Of a stretch of 57,110 nucleotides of DNA, positions 44,746-53,454 are shown one piece after another. Source of the DNA: Burkholderiales bacterium (GTDB taxonomy: Bacteria > Pseudomonadota > Gammaproteobacteria > Burkholderiales > SG8-39); NCBI GenBank assembly GCA_020845995.1, contig JADLES010000172.1, positions 1 through 57,110 of the forward strand, written 5' to 3'. Position numbers and translations under genes: made by a program. The notes under the pieces are model-generated. The model did not search any database. It saw only the letters and a list, made by a program, of their open reading frames with translations, and had not been told where the DNA came from. Position 1 is the stretch's first letter. The number at the start of each line of letters is the position of its first letter.

Positions 44746-46014
44746 GTGCGCCGCTACCGGCGCCTGCGGCTGCTCGCCTATTCGCTTGGCGCGGCCGCCT
44801 TCGTGCTCGCCTTCTTCCACCGGGTGGCGCCCGGCACCATCGCCGCCGACTTGCGCGCGCAGTTCCAGGCGAGCGCGACGATGCTGGGTTTCATTGCCGC
44901 GTTCTACTTTTACCCCTACGCGGCGATGCAGCTGCCCTCGGGCGTGCTCGCCGACGGCGTCGGCCCGAGGCGGTTGTTCACCGGCGGCTGCCTGGTCGCG
45001 GGCGCGGGCTCGCTCGTTTTTGCGCTCGCCCCCGACGCCGTCTGGCTGCTGGCAGGGCGCGCGCTGGTCGGGCTGGGCGTGGCGGTGGTTTTCGTCTCGG
45101 TGCTCAAGCTTATCGCCAGCTGGTTCGGCGAGCGCGAGTTCGCCACCTGGGTGGGGGTGCTGCAGCTGGTCGGAAACCTCGGCGCCACGCTGGGCGCCTG
45201 GCCGCTCGCCTGGCTGGTGGCGCGCATCTCCTGGCGCGATGTTTTCGTCGGCACGGGGTTGATCTCGCTCGCGCTCGCTGCCTGCACCTGGTTCTGGGTG
45301 CGCGATACTCCGGCCGAAGCCGGCCTGCGCAAGCCGGGCGAAGCTCCGGGCGCCTTGCAGGCGCGGGCGAAGCAGGGCGACTGGCTGCGCGGCCTCGCGC
45401 GAGTGGCAGCCAGCCGCCAGACCTGGCTCGCCTTTCTCGTCCTCTTCGGCCTGGTCGGCTCCTACATGACCTTTTCCGGTCTCTGGGCGGTTCCGTACCT
45501 CACCGAGGCGCTCGGAATGAGCCGCGAACTGGCCACGCTGCACGTCACCGTGATGATTCTTGGCTTCGCCTTTGGCGCCCCGGTCGCGGGCCTGGTCTCC
45601 GACCGCATCGGCCTGCGCCTGCCGCCCCTGCGCATCCTCGGGATCCTCTACCTTGCCTGCTGGTTGCCCTGGGTGATGGGCTGGCCGCTGCCCATCTGGG
45701 CGTCGATGGCGGTGTTCGTCGGCATGGGCATCGGCATCGCCGGTTCGGTCACCAGCTGGGCCATCGCCAAGGAGAACAACCCGCCCGCGCTCTCGGGAAC
45801 GGCGACGAGCCTGGTCAACGGCGGAGGCTTCCTGGCTGTCGCTCTGCTGCAGCCGGCCGTGGGCTGGGTCATCGACCGCTCCGCGGGCGCGCCCGCGCTC
45901 GAGGCATACCGGGCCGCCGCGGCTCTGCTCGCCGCGTTCGCGCTCACGGGCGTGGCCGCGACATTTGCGCTGCGGGAAACGCGCTGCCGGAACCTGGCCT
46001 CGGATTTGAGGTAG
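44746..46014 (+). CDS. MFS transporter
   Basis: 422 aa with a GTG start and ~12 hydrophobic segments. An MFS loop 2-3-like motif is present (LADGVGPRR). Confidence 0.85.
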   Translation: MRRYRRLRLLAYSLGAAAFVLAFFHRVAPGTIAADLRAQFQASATMLGFIAAFYFYPYAAMQLPSGVLADGVGPRRLFTGGCLVAGAGSLVFALAPDAVWLLAGRALVGLGVAVVFVSVLKLIASWFGEREFATWVGVLQLVGNLGATLGAWPLAWLVARISWRDVFVGTGLISLALAACTWFWVRDTPAEAGLRKPGEAPGALQARAKQGDWLRGLARVAASRQTWLAFLVLFGLVGSYMTFSGLWAVPYLTEALGMSRELATLHVTVMILGFAFGAPVAGLVSDRIGLRLPPLRILGILYLACWLPWVMGWPLPIWASMAVFVGMGIGIAGSVTSWAIAKENNPPALSGTATSLVNGGGFLAVALLQPAVGWVIDRSAGAPALEAYRAAAALLAAFALTGVAATFALRETRCRNLASDLR

Positions 46015-46039
46015 CCTGAGCGGCGTCAATCCCCGCCGC

Positions 46040-47083
46040 ATGCGTCTCCTGGAGCAACTGGCCGAGCTTTCGCCCGCGTATTTCGGGATGGTGATGGCGA
46101 CGGGCATCGTCTCCATCGCCGCCCACCTGCTCGGCATGCGGACCGTCGCGAGCGGACTGTTCGTGCTCAACGTGGCCGCCTACGCGGTGCTGTGGCTGCT
46201 CACCGTGCTGCGCATGCTCCGTTACCCGCGCCGGTTCTTCGGCGACATGGTCGATCACCTGCGCGGACCGGGCTTCTTCACCACCGTCGCCGCGACAAGC
46301 GTCCTCGGCAGCCAGTTCGTCGTGCTGGCGGCCGATGAGCGCACGGCGACCGTGCTCTGGGTCCTGGCGATCGCGCTCTGGCTGGGACTGACGTACACCA
46401 TCTTCGCGGGCTTCACCATCAAGGAACGCAAGCCGACGCTCGACCAGGGCATCAACGGGGCCTGGCTGCTGGCGGTGGTCGCGACGCAGTCGATCGTGGT
46501 GCTCAGCGGGCTGCTCGCACCGCATCTCGCGCAGCCCGGCCGGCTGGAGATGAATTTTTTCGCGCTCTCGATGTGGCTGTGGGGCGGCATGCTCTATATC
46601 TGGATGATGTCGCTGATCTTCTACCGCTACACGTTCTTCGCCCTGGCGCCCGGAGACCTGTCGCCCCCTTACTGGATCAACATGGGCGCGATGGCGATCT
46701 CCACGCTGGCGGGCTCGCTGCTGATCATCAACGTGCCCGACGCCCCTTTCCTGCTCTCGCTGCTGCCGTTCATCAAGGGCTTCACGGTATTCTATTGGGC
46801 GACTGGAACCTGGTGGATCCCCATGCTGCTGGTGCTCGGTGTCTGGCGCCACGTCTACCGGCGTTTTCCGCTGCGCTACGACCCGCTGTACTGGGGCGCG
46901 GTCTTTCCCTTCGGGATGTACGCGGCGTGCACGCACCAGATGATCCAGGCGATGGGAGTCGAGTTCCTGCGGTTTCTGCCGACGACGGTCTTCTATGTCG
47001 CGCTGGCGGCCTGGACGGTCGCGTTCGCGGGGTTGGTCTTCGACCTGCTGCGCCGCGTCGCCGCGCCCGGCGATCCGCGCTGA
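46040..47083 (+). CDS. tellurite-resistance/dicarboxylate transporter (TDT; TehA/Mae1/SLAC1-like) family protein
   Basis: 347 aa with ~10 TM segments. The N-terminal SPAYFGMVMATGIVS is typical of the family. Confidence 0.78.
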   Translation: MRLLEQLAELSPAYFGMVMATGIVSIAAHLLGMRTVASGLFVLNVAAYAVLWLLTVLRMLRYPRRFFGDMVDHLRGPGFFTTVAATSVLGSQFVVLAADERTATVLWVLAIALWLGLTYTIFAGFTIKERKPTLDQGINGAWLLAVVATQSIVVLSGLLAPHLAQPGRLEMNFFALSMWLWGGMLYIWMMSLIFYRYTFFALAPGDLSPPYWINMGAMAISTLAGSLLIINVPDAPFLLSLLPFIKGFTVFYWATGTWWIPMLLVLGVWRHVYRRFPLRYDPLYWGAVFPFGMYAACTHQMIQAMGVEFLRFLPTTVFYVALAAWTVAFAGLVFDLLRRVAAPGDPR

Positions 47084-47092
47084 CAAGCGCCG

Positions 47093-47962
47093 TCAGGCGG
47101 GGCCGACGAAACCCAGGTGCACGCCGCCCGCGCGCTCGGGAGGAACCTCGATTGTCTGTTCGCCCGCCTGGTGCATCGCGCGCGCCGGAGGCGGCAGGCC
47201 AGCGGCGGTGATGCGGCGAGCGGCGGCGTCGATGCTGGCCGTGCGGCAGAGGACCCGGAAGGCGCCCGGGCCGTGATGTTTGAGGGCGTCGGCGACCATG
47301 CCAGGGCCAGTGGGCTGCGCCAGGACGAGCGCGTTGGCGCCGAGGGGAAATACCGCCACGTCGGCGTTGAGCGCCGAGGCGCGCTCCATCGTCGGCGCGA
47401 TGCCAAGCACCCGGCGGTAGGACGGTAGCGCGGCCGCGAGATCGGGAACAGCGATGCAGGCGCGCTCGAGGCGCGTGACCTGGTTCGGATGCGGGAAATC
47501 CGGCACCTGGCGGCGTCGCTCCTCGAGGGGCGTGAGGTGCTGGATGAAGAAAAGGGGCAGGGCGTCTCGCCGGCCGAGCACGGCGGCTCTCCAGCGCAGT
47601 TCCCGGCCGGCGGGGGTGCGGCGGTCGCCTTCCGTGGCATCGGCGATGTCGACGCCGCGCGCGCGCATCGCCGCCACCTCGGCCGCGAGGTCGTCGCTCT
47701 GCAGGATGATGAAGCGCAACCCGCCACCCGCGCCGATGTATTCGAGCAGCCCGGGCCAGGGGCTGCCCGCGAGGTACTCGGCGCGGTCGTGGATCGCGAG
47801 CAGCTCGACGTAATCCGCCTGGAGGAAGGCGATGGCGTTGTGCGTGCCCTTGCCGGGGTGGACGCCGCCCGGGTGGATGCTGAAGCCGAGGCGCGCGTAG
47901 TCGTCCATTCCCCGCGCCAGGTCGGGGACGCAGATCATGACGTGGTCGATGCGCGTCAGCAA
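47093..47962 (-). CDS. VOC (glyoxalase/bleomycin-resistance/dioxygenase) family protein, two-module
   Basis: 289 aa. The N-terminal module starts RIDHVMICVPDL and the second starts LERACIAVPDL. Confidence 0.78.
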   Translation of the reverse strand: MLTRIDHVMICVPDLARGMDDYARLGFSIHPGGVHPGKGTHNAIAFLQADYVELLAIHDRAEYLAGSPWPGLLEYIGAGGGLRFIILQSDDLAAEVAAMRARGVDIADATEGDRRTPAGRELRWRAAVLGRRDALPLFFIQHLTPLEERRRQVPDFPHPNQVTRLERACIAVPDLAAALPSYRRVLGIAPTMERASALNADVAVFPLGANALVLAQPTGPGMVADALKHHGPGAFRVLCRTASIDAAARRITAAGLPPPARAMHQAGEQTIEVPPERAGGVHLGFVGPA

Positions 47963-47981
47963 GGACGTGCGTCCGTTTGGA

Positions 47982-49154
47982 TCAGAACGAGCGCGGCAGG
48001 CCGAGCACGTGCTCGGCCACGTAGGACAGGATCAGGTTGGTCGAAATCGGCGCGACGAGATACAGCCGCGTCTCGCGGAACTTGCGCTCGACGTCGTATT
48101 CGGCGGCGAAGCCGAAGCCGCCGTGGGTCTGGATGCAGACGTTGGCCGCGCCCCAGGAGGCCTTGGCGCACAGGTGCTTGGCCATGTTTGCTTCGGCTCC
48201 ACAATGAAGCTCTTGATCAAATAAAGAAGCAGCTTTATATCTCATCAAGTTGGCGGCCTCGATCTCCATGTAGGCCTCGGCGATCGGGAACTGGATGCCC
48301 TGGTTCTGGCCGATCGGCCGGCCGAAGACGACGCGGTCCTTCGAGTATTGCGCGGCCTTGCCGATGAACCAGTAGCCGTCGCCGACGCACTCCGCGGCGA
48401 TGAGGATGCGCTCGGCGTTGAGGCCGTCCAGGATGTACCGGAAGCCCTTGCCTTCCTCGCCGATCAGGCTTTCGGCGGGCAGCTCGAGATTGTCGATGAA
48501 GACTTCATTGGTTTCGTGATTGACCATGTTGCGGATGGGCTTGACGGTGAGCCCGTTGCCGATGGCCTTGCGCGTATCCACGAGGAAGATGGACATGCCG
48601 TCGGACTTCTTCTTCACCTTGTCGAGCGGCGTGGTGCGCGCAAGCAGAATCATCAACTCCGAGTGCTGCAGGCGCGAGGTCCAGACCTTCTGGCCGTTGA
48701 CCACGTAGCGGTCGCCTTTCCTCACCGCCACCGTCTTGATCCTGGTGGTGTCGGTGCCGGCGGTCGGCTCGGTCACGCCCATCGCCTGCAGGCGCAGCTC
48801 GCCGGCCGCGATCTTGGGCAGGTACATCCGTTTCTGCTCCGGTGAGCCGTTGCGCAGCAGCGTGTTCATGTTGTACATCTGCCCATGGCAGCAGCCGGCG
48901 TTACCGCCGGAGCGCGTGACTTCCTCCATGATCACGGTCGCCTCGGTGAGCGAGAGGCCCGAGCCGCCGTACTCCTCGGGAATCAGCGCCGACATCCAGC
49001 CGGCCCTGGTGAGAGCGTCGACGAAGGCCTCGGGGTAGGCGCGCGCCTCGTCGATCTTCTGCCAGTAGGCGGAGTCGAAGGTGGCGCACAGCGCGCGCAC
49101 CGCGTCGCGAATGGCGGCATGAGAGTCAGCGGCGTGGCTCTCGTCGGCCTTCAC
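47982..49154 (-). CDS. acyl-CoA dehydrogenase
   Basis: Trimmed to the GTG at 49154, which overlaps the stop of the upstream Bug gene (GTGA). 390 aa with the ACAD mid-domain motif (VTEPTAGTDT). Confidence 0.9.
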   Translation of the reverse strand: MKADESHAADSHAAIRDAVRALCATFDSAYWQKIDEARAYPEAFVDALTRAGWMSALIPEEYGGSGLSLTEATVIMEEVTRSGGNAGCCHGQMYNMNTLLRNGSPEQKRMYLPKIAAGELRLQAMGVTEPTAGTDTTRIKTVAVRKGDRYVVNGQKVWTSRLQHSELMILLARTTPLDKVKKKSDGMSIFLVDTRKAIGNGLTVKPIRNMVNHETNEVFIDNLELPAESLIGEEGKGFRYILDGLNAERILIAAECVGDGYWFIGKAAQYSKDRVVFGRPIGQNQGIQFPIAEAYMEIEAANLMRYKAASLFDQELHCGAEANMAKHLCAKASWGAANVCIQTHGGFGFAAEYDVERKFRETRLYLVAPISTNLILSYVAEHVLGLPRSF

Positions 49155-50110
49155 TGCTCGGCCTTCACCCCGGCGGTCTGGATCACCTTCGCCCACTTGG
49201 CGATCTCGTCGGCGAGGAACTTCTGCGCCTGCTCGGGCGTGCCGCCGCCGGCGAAGATGCCGAGCTGATCGAAGCGCGCGGCCATGTCGGGCGCTTTGAC
49301 GGCCCTGTCGGCCTCCTGCGCGAGGCGGTTGACGATGTCGCGCGGCGTGTTCGCGGGCGCGAGAAACATCAGCCAGGTCGAGGACTCGATCGGCGGGCCG
49401 CCGGCTTCGGGGAGCGTCGGCACCTCCTGGGCGCCGGGCACGCGCTTCGCGGAGAACATGCCGAGCGCCTTGATCTTGCCGCCGCGCACGTGCGGCATCA
49501 GCGTGCTCGGCACGTCGACGAGGATCTGGATGTCGCCGCTCATCAACCCCTGCAGGGCGGGCGCCGTGCCCTTGTAGGGAATGTGCACCATGAAGGTGCC
49601 GGTGGTCTGCTTGAACAGCTCGGTCGTGAGATGCGCCGCGGCGCCGATCCCCGAGGAGCCGAAGGAGATCTTGCCCGGATTCTTTTTCGCGTAGTCGACG
49701 AGGTCCTTGACGTTCTTCGCGGGGAAGTCGTTGTTCGCGGTGAGGATCAGCGGCGCGACCACTGCCAGCGACACCGGCGCGAAGCTCTTCACAGGATCGA
49801 ACGGCAGCTTGCCCTGGTAGAGCGTGGCGTTGGCGGCGTGCGCGGCGATGACCGTCCCGAGCGTGTAGCCGTCGGCGGCCGCCTTGGAGACGAAATCGGC
49901 GCCGATGATCGAGTTCGCGCCGGGTTTGTTTTCGACCACGATCGGCTGCTTGAGCGATTCCTGCAGCTTCTGCGTGATCATGCGCGTCACATTGTCGGTG
50001 ATGCCGCCCGGCGTGTAGGGAACCACCCAGCGGATGGGCTTGCCGGGGTAGCTCTGTGCGTGAACGCTGAGTGCGGTAAAGATCAGGGGGAAAATCGCAA
50101 GGGTTCTCAT
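49151..50110 (-). CDS. Bug/TctC-family substrate-binding protein
   Basis: 319 aa with signal MRTLAIFPLIFTALSVHA and YPGKPIRWVVPYTPGGITD. Confidence 0.9.
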   Translation of the reverse strand: MRTLAIFPLIFTALSVHAQSYPGKPIRWVVPYTPGGITDNVTRMITQKLQESLKQPIVVENKPGANSIIGADFVSKAAADGYTLGTVIAAHAANATLYQGKLPFDPVKSFAPVSLAVVAPLILTANNDFPAKNVKDLVDYAKKNPGKISFGSSGIGAAAHLTTELFKQTTGTFMVHIPYKGTAPALQGLMSGDIQILVDVPSTLMPHVRGGKIKALGMFSAKRVPGAQEVPTLPEAGGPPIESSTWLMFLAPANTPRDIVNRLAQEADRAVKAPDMAARFDQLGIFAGGGTPEQAQKFLADEIAKWAKVIQTAGVKAEQ

Positions 50111-50172
50111 GGTGTCGGCTTGGAGTCGGGTCGATCGAAGACGCTAGAATAGCAAGCCGAGGGAAGGTGGCG

Positions 50173-51132
50173 ATGCCGGTCCAGAGATGGTTTCACGCGG
50201 TGCTCGCTTGTGCGCTGGCGGCGGCGGCGCCGGCTGTGCTTGCCCAGGCAACCCGCGTTGTGGTGCCGGGGCCGCCGGGCGGATTCGCCGATATCGCGGT
50301 GCGCCTGATCGCGGAGCGGCTGCAGCGGGAGCTGGGCGGGCCGGTGGTGATCGAGCACAAGCCGGGCGCCGGCGGCACCGTGGCGCTGGAGTTCCTGAGG
50401 AATGCCCGGCCCGACGGCGCGACGGTGGCGATGATCAACCTGTCGGCCGCCGCCAACGAGACGCTCGTCAAGGGAAAAGCCTGGACGCTGCTCGGCGACT
50501 TCGAGCCGATCGGTCAGTACGCCTGGCTCGCCAACGTCCTGATCGTGAATCCGTCGGCGCCGGGAGCAGACCTCGCCGGGCTGGTCGAAGCGCTGCGCAG
50601 ACTGCCGGCCGTCAGCTACGCCTCGGGCGGCGTCGGCAGCCCGGGCCACCTGATCGGCGAGTTGTTTCGCCTGCGGGCGGGCGTCGCGATGACGCACGTG
50701 CCGTACAAGGGCGCCCCGCCCGCCGTGACCTCGGTGCTCGCGGGAGAGACGGTGCTGATGTTCGCGACCGCTTCCTCCGCACTTGGCCAGGTGCGCGGCG
50801 GCCGCGTGCGCGCGCTGGCGGTGACCGTGGGTGAGCGCCTGCCGCAGCTGCCGGAGGTACCCACGCTCGCAGAAGCGGGCTACCCGGATCTGAACGTGAC
50901 TGACTGGGCCGGGATGCTCGCGCCCAGGGCAACGCCGCAGGAGGCGCGCGAGCGGCTGAATCGCGCGTTTACCGCGGCGTTCGCCGACCCGGCGGTGGCC
51001 GCGAAGCTGCGCGAGGCGACCATCGTGCCGGCGCGCAAGCCGCTCGGTCCGGCCGAATTCACCGCCTTCCTGCGCGCCGAAATCGAGAAGTGGGCGAAAG
51101 CCGCGCGCGACGCGGGCATCGCCGCAAACTAG
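50173..51132 (+). CDS. Bug/TctC-family substrate-binding protein
   Basis: The ATG at 50173 is preceded by GGGAAGG; the track GTG at 50167 is the alternative. It carries VVPGPPGGFAD and is divergent from the preceding Bug gene. Confidence 0.88.
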   Translation: MPVQRWFHAVLACALAAAAPAVLAQATRVVVPGPPGGFADIAVRLIAERLQRELGGPVVIEHKPGAGGTVALEFLRNARPDGATVAMINLSAAANETLVKGKAWTLLGDFEPIGQYAWLANVLIVNPSAPGADLAGLVEALRRLPAVSYASGGVGSPGHLIGELFRLRAGVAMTHVPYKGAPPAVTSVLAGETVLMFATASSALGQVRGGRVRALAVTVGERLPQLPEVPTLAEAGYPDLNVTDWAGMLAPRATPQEARERLNRAFTAAFADPAVAAKLREATIVPARKPLGPAEFTAFLRAEIEKWAKAARDAGIAAN

Positions 51133-52214
51133 GCGAGCAGGCGATCGAGGAGCGCGGCAAAGGCGCGGCCGTGCCGGGCAATCGACCCCGCATCCGTGCA
51201 GCGGCCCGGGAGGTCCTGCGAGCTGTGGAAGTAGGGGTGGCGGCCGGCTATGGAGAGAAACGGCCGGTCGAAGACTTCGCGCGCTTCGCCGTGCGGCCGC
51301 AGGTCCGCGCCGGCGAGCGCGACGCCCTCGATGCCCTCGGCGCGCAGGCGCGCCGGAAACCACTCGCGCAGCCGCGCGTCGCGCGTGAACACGCGCATGC
51401 CCGCCGCATTGCGCGCGCCGATCGAGGCGCCAAGCTGCAGCCAGAACTCCGGCTGCGCGCGGCGCGCGGGATCGCGCCCCAGGTAGGCCAGCAGGCCGCG
51501 GTGACCAAGCTCGTGGCCGGAGGTAAAGAGCACGCGAAGGTGCTTGCGGCGAGAGGGCAGGGCGGCGGCGCGCGCGGCAAGCGACAGCGCGAGCGCGATT
51601 CCTCCGCCGCGCTCTCCCGCGCAATCGAACCACCCCGACTTCGGCGTTAGCAGGACTACCGTGCCGGCGCCATCGGTTCCCGGCACATCGGCGACGACAT
51701 TCGTCGCCTCGCCGGTGACGAGCTCGCTGTCGACGGTCAGACGTACGCTGTCACGCGACAAGGCATTCAGGACTTGCGCGTCTCTGCGGGCAATCTGCAG
51801 CACGGGTTTCGGCCAGGGCGCGTCCATGCGCTCGGCGTTGCGTAGTAGAACCTGGCCCTCGGGGTCACCGGTGACCAGCAGCGCGCCGCGCGTGCCGGCG
51901 GCCGCCAGTTCGCGGGTGAGCGCCTCGTCCGAGGCGTCTTCCAGAATCGCAATGCCGCCCTCGATCCCCGCGGCCCCGGTGGCCGGGGCATCGTGGAGCG
52001 GCACTCCCGCGACGCGCAGGGCGCCCGCGCTCGCGTAAGCGGCCCGAATTCGCGGCGCACGAAAGAAAAACGGCTCCGCGCGCGCGGCGATGCCGTGCTT
52101 CTGGAGCCAGGAACAGAGCCAGCTGCTGGTCGCCGCGTCGGCCTCGCTCCCGGTGCGGTGCTCGCCAATCGCGGCGTAGGCTTCGACGATCCGGCGCGAA
52201 GCGGCGCTGTCCAA
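51129..52214 (-). CDS. hypothetical protein; weak, unverified resemblance to M28/PA-domain peptidase-like proteins
   Basis: This is the C-terminal 361 codons of the 643-aa track ORF. There is no in-frame ATG near the CoA-transferase stop; the candidates are the TTG at 52214 or the CTG at 52223. Motifs noted: HRTGSEADAATSSWL, FTSGHELGHRG. Confidence 0.45.
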   Translation of the reverse strand: MDSAASRRIVEAYAAIGEHRTGSEADAATSSWLCSWLQKHGIAARAEPFFFRAPRIRAAYASAGALRVAGVPLHDAPATGAAGIEGGIAILEDASDEALTRELAAAGTRGALLVTGDPEGQVLLRNAERMDAPWPKPVLQIARRDAQVLNALSRDSVRLTVDSELVTGEATNVVADVPGTDGAGTVVLLTPKSGWFDCAGERGGGIALALSLAARAAALPSRRKHLRVLFTSGHELGHRGLLAYLGRDPARRAQPEFWLQLGASIGARNAAGMRVFTRDARLREWFPARLRAEGIEGVALAGADLRPHGEAREVFDRPFLSIAGRHPYFHSSQDLPGRCTDAGSIARHGRAFAALLDRLLA

Positions 52215-52219
52215 GCCGA

Positions 52220-53443
52220 TCAGACGATGCCCGAGGCTTTCAAGCGCCGCAGCTCGTCGTCGCTCTTGCCGAGCAAACCGTTCAGGACCTCGGCTGTGTG
52301 CTGCCCCAGCGTCGGCGGCGCGAGGCGGTACTCGACCGGAGTCGCCGACAGGCGCAGCGGGCTGCGCACCATCGAGGCGGTGCAGCCGAGCGGATGCTGC
52401 ATGTCCAGGCGCAGCTCGCGGTGCCGCACCTGCGGGTCCTCGAACACTTCCTTCATGTTGTTGATCGGGCCGCAGGGCACGTTGGCGGCTTCGAGCAGCT
52501 CGATCCACTCGCGCTTGGAGCGCGTGCGCATCACGTCGGTGATGAGCGGGATCAGCTCGGCGCGGTGCACGATGCGCTGCGACATCGTCCGGAAGCGCGG
52601 CTCCTGCGCGAGTTCCGGGCAGCCGGCCGCCTGGCAGAAGCTGGCGAACTGGCTGTCGTTGCCGACGGCGAGGATCACATGGCCGTCCGCCGCGGGGAAC
52701 ACCTCGTAGGGCACCACCTGACCGTGCGCGTTGCCCCAGCGCACCGGGATCCTGCCCGAGGCGAAGTAGGCGCAGATCTGGTTGGCGTTGAAGGCGACGA
52801 TGGTGTCGAGCAGCGCGGTGTCGATGTACTGGCCCTGGCCGGTGCGCTCGCGGTGCGTCAGCGCGGCGAGGATCGCGACGCTCGCGTACATGCCGGTGAG
52901 CACGTCGGTGATGGCGATGCCCACTTTCTGCGGGCCCGCGCCGGGCTGGCCGTCGCGCTCGCCGGTGATCGACATCAGCCCGCCCATCCCCTGGAAGATG
53001 AAGTCGTAGCCCGGGCGCGGCGCGTACGGCCCGTCCTGGCCGAAACCGGTGACCGAGCAATAGACGATCGAGGGGTTTGTGGATCTGATTTTTTCGTATC
53101 CCAGACCGTATTTATGCAGAGTCCCGACCTTGTAATTTTCGATCAGAACCTGGCACTGGTCCGCGAGCTCGCGCGCGATTCTCTGGCCCTCGGGCCTGGC
53201 GATGTCCAGGGTGACGGACTTCTTGTTGCGGTTGACCGACAGGAAGTAGGAGGGCTCGCTGGTGTCCTTGCCGTCGGCATCCTTCATCCACGGCGGGCCC
53301 CAGCCGCGCGTGTCGTCGCCCGTGCCGGGACGCTCGATCTTGATGACTTCAGCGCCGAGGTCGGCAAGGTTCTGCGACGCCCAGGGGCCGGCGAGGACGC
53401 GGGAAAGGTCGAGGACGCGGATATGGGAAAGGGGGCCGGGCAT
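52220..53443 (-). CDS. family III CoA-transferase (CaiB/BaiF/formyl-CoA transferase-like)
   Basis: Trimmed to MPGPLSHIRVLDLSRVLAGPWASQNLADLGAEVIKIE. 407 aa. Confidence 0.9.
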   Translation of the reverse strand: MPGPLSHIRVLDLSRVLAGPWASQNLADLGAEVIKIERPGTGDDTRGWGPPWMKDADGKDTSEPSYFLSVNRNKKSVTLDIARPEGQRIARELADQCQVLIENYKVGTLHKYGLGYEKIRSTNPSIVYCSVTGFGQDGPYAPRPGYDFIFQGMGGLMSITGERDGQPGAGPQKVGIAITDVLTGMYASVAILAALTHRERTGQGQYIDTALLDTIVAFNANQICAYFASGRIPVRWGNAHGQVVPYEVFPAADGHVILAVGNDSQFASFCQAAGCPELAQEPRFRTMSQRIVHRAELIPLITDVMRTRSKREWIELLEAANVPCGPINNMKEVFEDPQVRHRELRLDMQHPLGCTASMVRSPLRLSATPVEYRLAPPTLGQHTAEVLNGLLGKSDDELRRLKASGIV

Positions 53444-53454
53444 CGGGGATCCGC

